Virus record (IMG/VR): IMGVR_UViG_3300037041_001875
Coordinates: 1,600-65,599 of that record
Length of the DNA: 64,000 nt
From: a virus
Taxonomy: Duplodnaviria > Caudoviricetes
Reading direction: 5' to 3' (one strand)
Part shown: piece after piece, positions 1-9,267 of the stretch
Layout of the letters: each line of letters begins with the position of its first letter
How positions within the stretch are numbered: position 1 is the first letter of the stretch
Made by a program: the position numbers and the translations under genes
The notes under the pieces: model-generated
What the model was told of the DNA's origin: nothing
The model's database searches: none
Seen by the model: the letters and a program-made list of their open reading frames with translations, nothing else

Positions 1-192
1 ACAAGCAGGTCTGACCCATCGGGCGAAACGAACCTTTGTCCTGCTCTAACGACTATCATGACAACTAACCTTTTTTATCCGCCAAATACAATGGAATCTC
101 TAGGTGCTTACCTTGTTATGCCCCATGGAGTAATAATACGCCCAGCCATGATTTCCTAAATCCGCAACAATCTGCTCATTGTCTAGCATGGG

Positions 193-411
193 TCACTTCC
201 CTCTTTCTAAATAACGGTCACAAGCTCTGCTATTAGCATGTGCTGGCCGTTCCGCCGTGTGTCCCGATACGTATATCAAGCATCGACCATACCCATAAGG
301 CCAGTTTGCGTTAGTGCCTCTGCCATTGATGTAGCACTTACAGGTTCGGCAGGTCTTAGGTGGGTGTCCCATGGGGAGCTCCTTGCGGTCAGTCGTCCTT
401 GACAGTGCCAA
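193..411 (-). CDS. Small Cys-rich hypothetical protein (likely start ATG 372); copy at 62057..62275
   Basis: CxxCxC...C...C pattern, packed gene run. Confidence 0.55.
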   Translation of the reverse strand: MALSRTTDRKELPMGHPPKTCRTCKCYINGRGTNANWPYGYGRCLIYVSGHTAERPAHANSRACDRYLERGK

Positions 412-700
412 AAATGCGGTACGACTCGATCCCTGTGGCCTTGTCGTTGAAAGGCCCCTCGACCATCGCGTCGGGAATGAACGTCAAGGCCTCGGCAACT
501 TGATCGCCGAGCTGCGTCGACACTTGCACGAGCACCCCACGGCCTTCGATGTTCATGGCCTTTGTGGATTTCATCCAGCCATGGCCGTCAGAGTAAATCT
601 TAGAGATGATCTTCCAGAGGTCTGGATTGCCGATGATTTTTACGGTGCTATCGAGCTCCTTGACGTCAGCAGTGTTTTTTGCGTTGACTTGCTTTACCAT
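389..700 (-). CDS. Phage hypothetical protein; copy at 62253..62564
   Basis: AGGAG RBS, packed gene run. Confidence 0.7.
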   Translation of the reverse strand: MVKQVNAKNTADVKELDSTVKIIGNPDLWKIISKIYSDGHGWMKSTKAMNIEGRGVLVQVSTQLGDQVAEALTFIPDAMVEGPFNDKATGIESYRIFGTVKDD

Positions 701-703
701 TGG

Positions 704-1759
704 TCACTCCTTTATGTGTTCTATCTGCAAAGCGCATGATCCACAGGTTGGGCATATGCCGTAGACCCCAACCTCTTCGGGCAGGTCTACCACGGTGTCG
801 AGAATCCACGAACATCCCTGCGGGCAAGCGCAGCGCCATGCCAAGAGCGGCCGCGAAGACCTCGAGATCAAGAGGAGCTGTTCCTTGTCGCGGAAGAACT
901 TGGCCACGAATCTATCGAAAACAGATTCGCCCGGTAGCAAGAGCAACCGCACCGCAGCGTGACCTTCCCCGCGAGCGATGAGGCGCATATAAACAGGAAC
1001 TCTGCTCAAATCTCCCCAAATCGACCCCTGATCCCCAGGCCGAGCGCTCCCACGGGTGTCCTCAGAGAGCTCGAAGAGCGCTTGGTATTCTCCCACTTGG
1101 TCTATGGGAAGAATCTCCGCGAGGAGCTCGAGATCGATGGGCAGACGCTCGACGAGCAAGCGCTCCTCTTGCCACTGCCTCTGAGCGGCCTGGGCCTTGC
1201 CCCCAGGTGTCCACCCGCCCTTGTCCCGGCGAATCTCCCCACGAGGAACGACCGCGGGGGCCTCGACGGCGCCGAAGGCTAGAGCGGCCTCGCATTCGTC
1301 CTTGCCGCAGCTCTTCGGCGGAACGGCTACGCCGTCAGCTCCATAGAAGAAGCGCTTCGCAGGGATAAGCTCTTGGCAAACTGGGCAAAGCACCTCGGGT
1401 GCCACCACCCGCGGCCGGCCGGTCGGCTTGATGGGCTCGTTCACACGGCCGAGCTCCACGACGAGCTTTTTCGCATCGCAATGGAAGTGAGCGGCAAGAG
1501 CCTCGAGGCCTTCCCCGTCGCGGTAGCGCTGAACAAGCTCGACGAGCTGGTCTGTGGTGAACTCGTACTTATTAGGCGGCGGCCGGCGTATGGGCCTATC
1601 AGGGCTCCCAGTGATACCAAGCTCGCGGCAGACGACCTTGACCACGGTCGACCAGGCTACGCCAGTCTTGCGGGCAATGTCGGGACCAGTCATGCCCGTT
1701 TCGTATAGTTCAACGATTTCAGTGATCTGCTCGCGTGTTAGGTGAACTCCGCTGGGCAT
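704..1759 (-). CDS. HTH-domain protein with Zn-binding motifs; copy at 62568..63623
   Basis: Two HTH-like segments (GMTGPDIARKTGVAWSTV; GEGLEALAAHFHC) plus CPVC, CACPQGC, CPTC. Confidence 0.7.
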   Translation of the reverse strand: MPSGVHLTREQITEIVELYETGMTGPDIARKTGVAWSTVVKVVCRELGITGSPDRPIRRPPPNKYEFTTDQLVELVQRYRDGEGLEALAAHFHCDAKKLVVELGRVNEPIKPTGRPRVVAPEVLCPVCQELIPAKRFFYGADGVAVPPKSCGKDECEAALAFGAVEAPAVVPRGEIRRDKGGWTPGGKAQAAQRQWQEERLLVERLPIDLELLAEILPIDQVGEYQALFELSEDTRGSARPGDQGSIWGDLSRVPVYMRLIARGEGHAAVRLLLLPGESVFDRFVAKFFRDKEQLLLISRSSRPLLAWRCACPQGCSWILDTVVDLPEEVGVYGICPTCGSCALQIEHIKE

Positions 1760-2034
1760 TATCGTTTGATCCTTATTGATTCCTTGACGGTGTCAAGGAG
1801 CTGCGATTCGATGCAAGAGCCGAGGCATGCCTGCAAGGTCGCCGAGCAGCTCTTATTTACGGTTTCGATTTCTGTTACGTGCGCCTTGAGAGCTCTTATT
1901 TCCGATTCAAGAGTTTGAATCTGCTTAAGCTTTTCGTCACTTCTGATAGTGAAAACAGTTATCAGGAACACCATTAATGCAACCCAAAGCATATAAAGGA
2001 TTGCTACCGTGCGCCCACTTAAAAAATCTATCAT
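1759..2034 (-). CDS. Membrane-anchored coiled-coil protein; copy at 63623..63898
   Basis: N-terminal hydrophobic helix followed by heptad pattern. Confidence 0.65.
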   Translation of the reverse strand: MIDFLSGRTVAILYMLWVALMVFLITVFTIRSDEKLKQIQTLESEIRALKAHVTEIETVNKSCSATLQACLGSCIESQLLDTVKESIRIKR

Positions 2035-2233
2035 TTTTTCGCCTTTTTTAGCTCACGAGCCTTTCCCTATCACGACAAATAGGTATTTGTCAAGCGCCTG
2101 TTTACAATGTAAACGTGCAAAATCGGCGCGGAGCGCTGGGCACGTTTCGAGAAAAATTTACCTAAAAAGGCAGTTGACCGCCTTTGACCGGACCTTGACT
2201 CGATTTTTTGGGGTTTTTTGGGGTTTGGCCGGA

Positions 2234-2578
2234 CTAGCGTAAAAATTCATTTAAAATCAACGAAACGTCGCGTTTGTCTTCTTTGGTAGCATAACGCAAT
2301 TTACCGGCGATAAATTCGGCCAAATCGCGCAATGGCGGGTCAAAATTTTCAATTAGACTCTGGTGCACTGTGCTAGCCTGACCACAAACGGACCTAGCTA
2401 CGGCTATCGCCACAGCTTCCCGGTCTATCGAAATAATCTCTTTCAATGCCTCGTGCCGCGTCTTTGGGAATCCATCGAAACTAGGCATGGAGGTTTCATC
2501 AATTGCAAGGTCGATATCCTCGCAAGCTTTTTCAAGCGCTCCGTTGATCTCAAATTCTGTGAATAGTTCCATTTTCAT
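2234..2578 (-). CDS. Hypothetical early-island protein
   Basis: GAAAGG RBS, packed gene run. Confidence 0.65.
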   Translation of the reverse strand: MKMELFTEFEINGALEKACEDIDLAIDETSMPSFDGFPKTRHEALKEIISIDREAVAIAVARSVCGQASTVHQSLIENFDPPLRDLAEFIAGKLRYATKEDKRDVSLILNEFLR

Positions 2579-2592
2579 CGCCGCCTTTCGTT

Positions 2593-2850
2593 TCAGATTG
2601 ACCCTAGTTCGCCGTGTTCATAGCGCTGTGCCTCAATTATTGCCTCGTTTGCCTCGACTAAGAAACCGAGACGAGCGGCTACTAGTGCGGCAATGGCGTA
2701 TTCCCATGACTCACCCACAGTCCATCCATCAAGCCAGTCCATGCCTGGTGTCACGATACCGTTGAAATTGGGTAAATTGTTGATAATATCCACATCTTTT
2801 TTTGATAGCACTGGCCATGTTTTGCGCCAATGATCGAGCGGTTGATTCAT
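2593..2850 (-). CDS. Hypothetical early-island protein
   Basis: GAAAGG RBS. Confidence 0.65.
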   Translation of the reverse strand: MNQPLDHWRKTWPVLSKKDVDIINNLPNFNGIVTPGMDWLDGWTVGESWEYAIAALVAARLGFLVEANEAIIEAQRYEHGELGSI

Positions 2851-2864
2851 TTACTGCGCCCCTT

Positions 2865-3278
2865 TCAAATTGAGAGACCTAGCGAATTGATTAGGCTTTT
2901 CCGCTTTTCAATAGCGTCAAGCAATTCTTCCCGGTTAGTACAACCAAAATAGTCATAGTCTTCATTTTCAAGCGCAATTTCGAGCGCGTCCAATTGGATT
3001 TTTGCCCAAGTATCGGCGCACTGGTCGCCATTATCGAACGTTTCACAGTAATTAAATCCATCGTTAGATTGCCTCACAATGGCGTGGAAACCCTTGTCTT
3101 TATCGCTCATGACTCCATACCAATTGCAAACAAACGGGCCAGGATCGCCGCTCGAGCCTGCGGTATCATCGAACCATGAATGATCTAGTCTGGCCAGAAT
3201 ATCGGCCAAACCGTCAATTTCGCGCAATACTGCGGCCGGTGTATGAATGTACTCTCTTTTGAATTGATCAACGTCCAT
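2865..3278 (-). CDS. Acidic hypothetical protein (start MDVDQF)
   Basis: GAAAGGACAAACGAAAATG start context. Confidence 0.65.
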   Translation of the reverse strand: MDVDQFKREYIHTPAAVLREIDGLADILARLDHSWFDDTAGSSGDPGPFVCNWYGVMSDKDKGFHAIVRQSNDGFNYCETFDNGDQCADTWAKIQLDALEIALENEDYDYFGCTNREELLDAIEKRKSLINSLGLSI

Positions 3279-3642
3279 TTTCGTTTGTCCTTTCGTTTGT
3301 GTCCTGGTCCATGCAGTAGCTTTCAACAATTTGAAACGGCACTAGTTCAATGCGCACAGTAAACTCGCAAGATTCTTCGCAATTTTCATGCTTTTTGATT
3401 CGAACACTAATCCGCCCACTTGACCAACCATAAGAACACTGACCAGGAACCAAACCACTGACCAGGCTCAATACATGCAGGAAAATATCATCGACACTAG
3501 GCACTTTCATGCCTTGAGCACTGGTCCATCGCCAGTCGTTTAGCACAAACATTGGATGGACCTTTACCGCAAATTCATAGGCCTTGTTTCTCACGGTTTC
3601 GATAGCACAGTGCAATTCACTTTGGGTCATTGGATTATTCAT
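3268..3642 (-). CDS. Hypothetical protein
   Basis: ATGA overlap with upstream gene. Confidence 0.65.
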   Translation of the reverse strand: MNNPMTQSELHCAIETVRNKAYEFAVKVHPMFVLNDWRWTSAQGMKVPSVDDIFLHVLSLVSGLVPGQCSYGWSSGRISVRIKKHENCEESCEFTVRIELVPFQIVESYCMDQDTNERTNENGR

Positions 3643-3932
3643 TGGTAATATCTCCCCACGATCACATGTTCGTGATCGTCACAAATATGCACCAGTGTTC
3701 CGGCGAAATAGTTGTCGCCTTGACTACCGTGCCATGTGATACCGTCGATAGTCATTTCGCTTCGCATGAAATTGCCAAGGCAATAAACGTCGCCTCGATA
3801 TCGGAAGAACAGATCGCAATCAATTTCGTCCGATGAAAGAAAATCGAATTCAGCTCTTTCTTTCTCGTTTAGCTCAATTCCATGAATCAATTCACGAGGA
3901 ACGCGATTTGTTATGACTTTCATTTGGTTCAT
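3639..3932 (-). CDS. Phage hypothetical protein
   Basis: ATGA coupling on both sides; FFRYRG...FMR...WHG pattern. Confidence 0.7.
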   Translation of the reverse strand: MNQMKVITNRVPRELIHGIELNEKERAEFDFLSSDEIDCDLFFRYRGDVYCLGNFMRSEMTIDGITWHGSQGDNYFAGTLVHICDDHEHVIVGRYYQ

Positions 3933-4168
3933 TTGTTGCCGTCTCTTTCTTCGATTGTGAGTTGTGGTTCATATGTTTCAGAAAGTGGGTCAGTGTAGGT
4001 TTTTGTTTCACAAACTGAACATACATAGACAGTCTTAATTGTCACCATATCATCAAATTTATAGTTATTATTCTCGTCAATTATCGAGATACTTATATAA
4101 GTATCTCTCTTTTGCCACTTTTGCGATTTGCATTTTCGGCACTTCTCAATTTTTACTATCCGTTTCAT
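3929..4168 (-). CDS. Zn-ribbon hypothetical protein (start MKRIVK)
   Basis: CRKC...CSVC; GAAAGG RBS. Confidence 0.6.
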   Translation of the reverse strand: MKRIVKIEKCRKCKSQKWQKRDTYISISIIDENNNYKFDDMVTIKTVYVCSVCETKTYTDPLSETYEPQLTIEERDGNK

Positions 4169-4169
4169 T

Positions 4170-4470
4170 TTTTGTTTCCCTTTCCTTTCCTTTCGTTTCT
4201 CAAAAATATGTTTCCTGTATTTTTTGACATACCATATCACAAAAAAATTCACAAAAAAACAAAAAAAGATAAAAAAGAATATCCCACAATAACTTGTGAC
4301 AATTTTGACATACTGAACAATCTTTCAGAGTTACTTATGTTAAGTTTTAGTGATACTGTAATAAAAAATAATAAGAGAAAATCATTTTTGTGTGAATTTG
4401 TTTCAAACTGGGATAGTCTGAAAAATAAAAAACAAAATTTTTGGGAAAATGAAAGAAGTGAGGCAAACAA
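4170..4470. promoter_or_regulatory. AT-rich divergent control region
   Basis: Long A/T runs and TTGACA hexamers between divergent gene arrays. Confidence 0.6.
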
Positions 4471-4471
4471 A

Positions 4472-4702
4472 ATGAAAGAGACGGGAAAAGCGCTAAACTA
4501 TATCGCCAAAATGAGGAACAAGGAAAAACAACGATATGCGCAGGCATACTATGAATACTGTGAAAATATTCGATCTGACGATCCTACACTAAGCTCGACT
4601 TATGGTTGCGATCGTATGGCCAAACAAGCGGTCAGACTTGAACTCGCATTTTTCGGCATATGCGAAAAAAACAGACCATTTGCATCATACTGGCCACAAT
4701 GA
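4472..4702 (+). CDS. Hypothetical protein (start MKETGK)
   Basis: GAGG RBS; upstream ORF extension is low-complexity intergenic DNA. Confidence 0.6.
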   Translation: MKETGKALNYIAKMRNKEKQRYAQAYYEYCENIRSDDPTLSSTYGCDRMAKQAVRLELAFFGICEKNRPFASYWPQ

Positions 4703-4714
4703 AAGGACAACCAA

Positions 4715-5116
4715 ATGAAAGAGAAACTATTTCGAGAGTACGGGATAAGCGAAACTAGCACGGACAACGATATAGAAAGGGTTTCTGAAATACTGGCAAT
4801 TGATTACGATATAATAGCTGAATATCGAAAGCACCGTAGAGAAGTATACATAAATCATGTACAATATGTCGTAACTGATCCGACTTGTGCCGATACACGA
4901 GAATATTTTAATTGCCTCGAAAAAGCGCTAGATCGAGCAATGGAACTTGCCATTGATCAAGCGGATACTGCCGATGAAATAACCGACCTTGATCAATGGG
5001 GCGACTCCATGGAAACCGGATGGGGAGTATGTCCAGAAAATGAAAGCGGCGCATACTGGCCACAAGTTCACGCTGAATTCGATGGTAAACGCATCGACAA
5101 ACTACCGTGGGAATAG
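4715..5116 (+). CDS. Acidic hypothetical protein
   Basis: GAAAGGACAACCAAATG start. Confidence 0.7.
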   Translation: MKEKLFREYGISETSTDNDIERVSEILAIDYDIIAEYRKHRREVYINHVQYVVTDPTCADTREYFNCLEKALDRAMELAIDQADTADEITDLDQWGDSMETGWGVCPENESGAYWPQVHAEFDGKRIDKLPWE

Positions 5117-5129
5117 AAAGGACAACCAA

Positions 5130-5573
5130 ATGAAAAAGCAGAAAGACAATTACAAAGTGATAGGACGTGGAAAAGCGGGTTGGCATGCGCGGGCTAAAAA
5201 TTTAAGCTCAAGCGGCGGTACACTAGAGACCTACATTGATCAAGCGGCCGAAAATTGTCTCGTTTACGATGCGGATAAAACCGACTATGATCTATTCGCA
5301 AAATTGATTATCGCCGGTCCTATGGTTGACGTAGACCTGCCTGAAAATACCGTTGACCGGTTTACGTGCGAGGATAGACTAACCGCCAAAGCCATGCTCC
5401 CCGGTTTTTCTGGTGGCTTTGAAAAACTGGCAAAAATGGCGATTGAAAATGAAAACTTTCAAGGTCTGGACAAGGTATCCATTGACGTTTTCGAAAGGTT
5501 ATTGCGACAATTACCGGGAATGAAGATCGGACGGGTGATCAACGGCAAAGTAGAATGGGAAAGTGAGGTTTGA
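5130..5573 (+). CDS. Hypothetical protein (start MKKQKD)
   Basis: Same 20-nt start context as the previous gene. Confidence 0.7.
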   Translation: MKKQKDNYKVIGRGKAGWHARAKNLSSSGGTLETYIDQAAENCLVYDADKTDYDLFAKLIIAGPMVDVDLPENTVDRFTCEDRLTAKAMLPGFSGGFEKLAKMAIENENFQGLDKVSIDVFERLLRQLPGMKIGRVINGKVEWESEV

Positions 5574-5576
5574 ATC

Positions 5577-6203
5577 ATGCGAACGCTAACCCGTGAATTC
5601 TACATAGCAAAAGACGGCCAAAAAGTAACGTCCAACAAACTGCCGGAAGAAAGTGCCGTCTGCTATATTTCCACAGCGGCAAGTGGTCGAGTGAGTGTCC
5701 AGTTTTTCATTGGAAAACAGAGTAAACCGGATAAGTACCTCGCCTACAAATCACGCGAATCAGCAAACACTGCAATCGAAGCTTTTTTTGATAATTTGGT
5801 ACGTGTTTACGCGTATAAACAGGAACAAAAAGAGCGACAAAAACTAGCGCGGCAAGCGGCAAAAGCTGAATTCGAAGGAACGATAGGATCTGTTTTTGTA
5901 GCGTCATGGGGCTATGACCAAACGAACGTCGACGCATACCAGATCACGGCCCGAATCAATAATCAAACCGTCGAGGTGGTTGAAATCGGTTTCGAGCACC
6001 TCCCCGAGGAAAGCAAAGGTTACAGCTCGATGGCCGAAAATGTTAAACCTTTACCGGTATCGGCAGAAAAAGCCGCAAAAATGCCAAAATTGTTGGCGCG
6101 CATTACCGCGAAGGACAGTATTCAAGTAGCAAACAAACGGAGCGCTGGCAACGCGGATTTATGGGACGGTGCGCGTAGTTATTACCATTCCTGGTATGCG
6201 TGA
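5577..6203 (+). CDS. Conserved phage hypothetical protein
   Basis: SWGYDQTNVDAYQI motif, which I recall from phage early proteins. Confidence 0.7.
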   Translation: MRTLTREFYIAKDGQKVTSNKLPEESAVCYISTAASGRVSVQFFIGKQSKPDKYLAYKSRESANTAIEAFFDNLVRVYAYKQEQKERQKLARQAAKAEFEGTIGSVFVASWGYDQTNVDAYQITARINNQTVEVVEIGFEHLPEESKGYSSMAENVKPLPVSAEKAAKMPKLLARITAKDSIQVANKRSAGNADLWDGARSYYHSWYA

Positions 6204-6218
6204 ACGAAAGGCGAAACA

Positions 6219-6410
6219 ATGACAAAAACAATGTATGCAGTTATTCGGTTATCATCCGACGGTCATAAGTGGCTCGATATGAGTACTTTGGCCAATTTGC
6301 GCGAAGAAGCACAATTAAAAGCGGATAACATGGACAATGAATTGCCACAATGGGCAAAAAACAATCGGCAAATCCAAGTCATTGAAACGACTTTGATTTA
6401 TGCCGGCTAA
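6219..6410 (+). CDS. Hypothetical protein
   Basis: GAAAGG RBS. Confidence 0.6.
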   Translation: MTKTMYAVIRLSSDGHKWLDMSTLANLREEAQLKADNMDNELPQWAKNNRQIQVIETTLIYAG

Positions 6411-6431
6411 CAGAAAGGAAAAGGGCAACAA

Positions 6432-7061
6432 ATGGCGCAAAGAAGGACACCGGTCGAAAAATGGCTCGAGCAGGCACTAGGAACGGACGAAACGCGCCCG
6501 TTCTTGCTTAAACCTGCCGTTTCGGCAGACGATGAGAATATCAGAGCTTGCACCGATGGCCATAGACTGCACGTTGCGAGTTCTAAACTCTACACTGCGG
6601 AAATCAAAAATGAATGGCAAGCTCCCACGGATTGCATGTTCAAACCACGAAAAGGTTTCAAAATATCAAACAAGTTCTTACGAACGGCGCTTGTTGATGA
6701 AATCAACGAAATAATCAACGAAAATCTAAATTCCAAGCTAGTCGAGCAAATATCAGAACTAAACCGTAGCTCTGAACTGTTCAGTGCTATCAAATGCGAA
6801 ACGCACCGAGACACCTTCGAAGAAGCAATCAAAGAAACGCTGGCCACCTTGCGTGAATACCGAAATCCGCGAAGCATGGTATCGTTGAAAAAGTGGCTCG
6901 GCGTTAACGTAACTGTAAATCCATTATATTTACTCGAGGCACTCAATTACCGACTAGCCAATTATGTGAATCTGAACTCCGATGGTGACGAGCTTGGACC
7001 AGTGATTGTGGAATATCTTGACGTAAAACTCGCCGCATGCATAATGCCGATGAGACACTAA
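6432..7061 (+). CDS. Truncated sliding-clamp (DnaN/beta)-like protein
   Basis: CTDGHRLH, VNPLYLLEAL and terminal IMPMR resemble beta-clamp motifs. Confidence 0.55.
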   Translation: MAQRRTPVEKWLEQALGTDETRPFLLKPAVSADDENIRACTDGHRLHVASSKLYTAEIKNEWQAPTDCMFKPRKGFKISNKFLRTALVDEINEIINENLNSKLVEQISELNRSSELFSAIKCETHRDTFEEAIKETLATLREYRNPRSMVSLKKWLGVNVTVNPLYLLEALNYRLANYVNLNSDGDELGPVIVEYLDVKLAACIMPMRH

Positions 7062-7075
7062 CGAAAGGAACGGAC

Positions 7076-7447
7076 GTGGCTAAAGTAAAGCTTTTATTGA
7101 GAAAGATGCTAAAAGACGGTCAGGTCGTCGACCTAGTCGACGCGTGGACGGCAAACATGCGGGCAAAGATCGAAGCCCATGACTATGGCGACGCCGAGCC
7201 ATATATGGTGGCAGTAGCTCACGCATCTGTGCGCAGGCATGCTCGCGTTATGGCCGAGTTGTCTACCGATGAAGGCGTGATTTTTCCGCCGGTTATCCCA
7301 AAGAAAGTAAGAGAACCTTTACTTCGAGCGCTCAACGAAGCAATAGACGTTTGTGACGGCGCACACTTAGGCAGGCAATACGACCAGGCAAAGAAACACG
7401 GCACGTGGCCGCCACCCAAAGAAACCTGGATCAAAAAAGAACCATGA
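7076..7447 (+). CDS. Hypothetical protein (GTG start)
   Basis: GAAAGG RBS. Confidence 0.55.
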   Translation: MAKVKLLLRKMLKDGQVVDLVDAWTANMRAKIEAHDYGDAEPYMVAVAHASVRRHARVMAELSTDEGVIFPPVIPKKVREPLLRALNEAIDVCDGAHLGRQYDQAKKHGTWPPPKETWIKKEP

Positions 7448-7463
7448 ACAAGGAGCAAAAAAG

Positions 7464-7808
7464 ATGAAAAAGCTACATTGGCTCGTGATTGTGCTCGCGT
7501 GTTCCTCGCCGCCATGTTTGTGGACTGCTTGTGAACAAGCAGACGAGCAAGAGTCATACGAAACCGTTCAAGATTGTGGTGAGTTTTATCAAGCTTTGCT
7601 CAATGAGTGGACAATCTGCTCGGACGGCGACGAGCAGATCAAGAAAAATTTGTCGAACATGCAACAATGGTGCGAAACCACAGTGAAATCGGTAAATATT
7701 CCCATATCGGTGTATAACGAGTGCATCGACGTAGGCATTGGTTGCGATATGTCGACCGGTCACGTGATCATCATCGAGCCATGCCTCATCGTTATCAATG
7801 CAGAGTGA
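7464..7808 (+). CDS. Exported Cys-rich putative lipoprotein
   Basis: MKK + hydrophobic stretch + LAC; many Cys; AGGAG RBS. Confidence 0.55.
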   Translation: MKKLHWLVIVLACSSPPCLWTACEQADEQESYETVQDCGEFYQALLNEWTICSDGDEQIKKNLSNMQQWCETTVKSVNIPISVYNECIDVGIGCDMSTGHVIIIEPCLIVINAE

Positions 7809-7819
7809 TCGAACCTGCC

Positions 7820-8479
7820 TCAAAAAATCCGATTCACTAAAATTTGCGTTTCATCGAGCAAGAACGGTCGGATCTTTTCGGCCAGTTTTAGCCGGCCACG
7901 AATGATCTGTGCTGTGCGCACAGTGCGCGCTGAACAGCTTCCACTTGCGTAGCCAGCTAAACCGCCGCTGCATGCGCCTCGAGCGCCTGTATTTCGGCAC
8001 TTCTCTGCATCGAGCACCAGGGACCCCCCGCATTCTTGAACGACCCTGGCCAGCCAACGAGCGCCACATGCCGCTTGGCCCTCGGCCGTGGCCAGATCGC
8101 ACCCACGTTTGGCTTTGCCGTGGACCTGGACTAGGCCAAGCTCGCCAAGTCGACCTCGAGCTGACGTGTCGAACGAGCTCTCCTTGTAGGCCATGGCAAT
8201 GAAGAGTGCAGGATCGAGCCCAACGTCCGCCGCGGCGCCAGCTAGGGCGACCTCGAAGCGTTCACTTTCTCTCCATCTTGGGTCGTTTGCAGGGGTGTGA
8301 TCGCGCTCGAGCAGGTAAGCTACAGCTCCAAGGGGCCTTGTTTGGCCCGTATTAGGCTCGGCCGGCTCGGCAAAAGCTGGTTTCAGATTGCACGTTTCGA
8401 AGATTATTGCGAGGCAAATCCCTATAAACAAGGCGAGAAATACAAATTTCATTCCAGCGGTTAAGTCTCGTCGATCCAT
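7820..8479 (-). CDS. Lytic transglycosylase (SLT domain) with N-terminal signal/anchor
   Basis: AMAYKESSFD...GELGLVQV motifs; GGAGG RBS before ATG 8479. Confidence 0.85.
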   Translation of the reverse strand: MDRRDLTAGMKFVFLALFIGICLAIIFETCNLKPAFAEPAEPNTGQTRPLGAVAYLLERDHTPANDPRWRESERFEVALAGAAADVGLDPALFIAMAYKESSFDTSARGRLGELGLVQVHGKAKRGCDLATAEGQAACGARWLARVVQECGGSLVLDAEKCRNTGARGACSGGLAGYASGSCSARTVRTAQIIRGRLKLAEKIRPFLLDETQILVNRIF

Positions 8480-8541
8480 TTTGTACCTCCATGTTCCATT
8501 GGTTTCAATGACCTTAGCAGGCATCGCGGATCGTTTCAATA

Positions 8542-8570
8542 TTGACAAAGTTGCGCGACTTCTGTAGACT
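8542..8570 (+). promoter_or_regulatory. Sigma70-type promoter
   Basis: TTGACA-17 bp-TAGACT. Confidence 0.65.
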
Positions 8571-8574
8571 ACGT

Positions 8575-9130
8575 CCCGTAAGGGGCGGTGTAGGCTTTAT
8601 ATAATCAAAATATATGGAAAAAGGCGCAAAAAAGGGAATTCCCCAGCTTTCGCCGAGGAGCTCCCCATTCAACCGGACGGACTTGGAGTTACTCCGTTTT
8701 ACAGCGGGAAAGCTCAGAGTCAAGGAATATCAGCCGGCAGGATAAGGGAGCACCTCCGAAGGCGTTCGAAGACGCTCCCAGGACAACAACACAGCCGAGG
8801 GGACGAAGCGAACCTATCACGAGCTCCAGGGGAACGCAAGTTGCGCGGCTTGTGCGGAAAATGTGCGGCCTTAAAATGTATCTGAGCCCCGCGTGGAATC
8901 TAACAAGGCGCTTCATCCATCCTGGTTCCGCACGGGGCTCGTTTTCCGTGCGAAAAGAGGGCGGTGCGCCCGCGGCCGGCAGTTGTATGCAGTTATATGC
9001 ACTTTATGGTATAACTATGTATTACCTTGCCGCCGAAACGGTAAACTCAACTACACCGGGCCTCGGAGCATTTTTTGCTTGTCTCGGGGAGCTCTCCGCG
9101 GTATCATAAAAGTGGCTCCGTTGCAGGTTC
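8575..9130 (+). ncRNA. Candidate structured noncoding RNA
   Basis: Follows the promoter; no convincing ORF; CGTCCC-GTAA-GGGGCG tetraloop hairpin and long GAGCCCCG...CGGGGCTC stem (~8885-8940). Confidence 0.35.
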
Positions 9131-9267
9131 CTGTCTAATACCCAGCAGGGGCCTGCATCGCCTGCCCATCTAGGCCTCGGCGCGGTTCGCTGGTCTCTTT
9201 AAGACAGTTCCGGCTTTCTCTAAGGGCTAGAGCTTTGGATGGCACGAGCCTCGCCGAGGCCCCCTTT

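Noticed and set aside
4112-4471. N-terminal extensions and overlapping ORFs in the AT-rich region
   Set aside because: F/K-rich translation of intergenic A/T runs; better RBS-linked starts at 4472 and 4168
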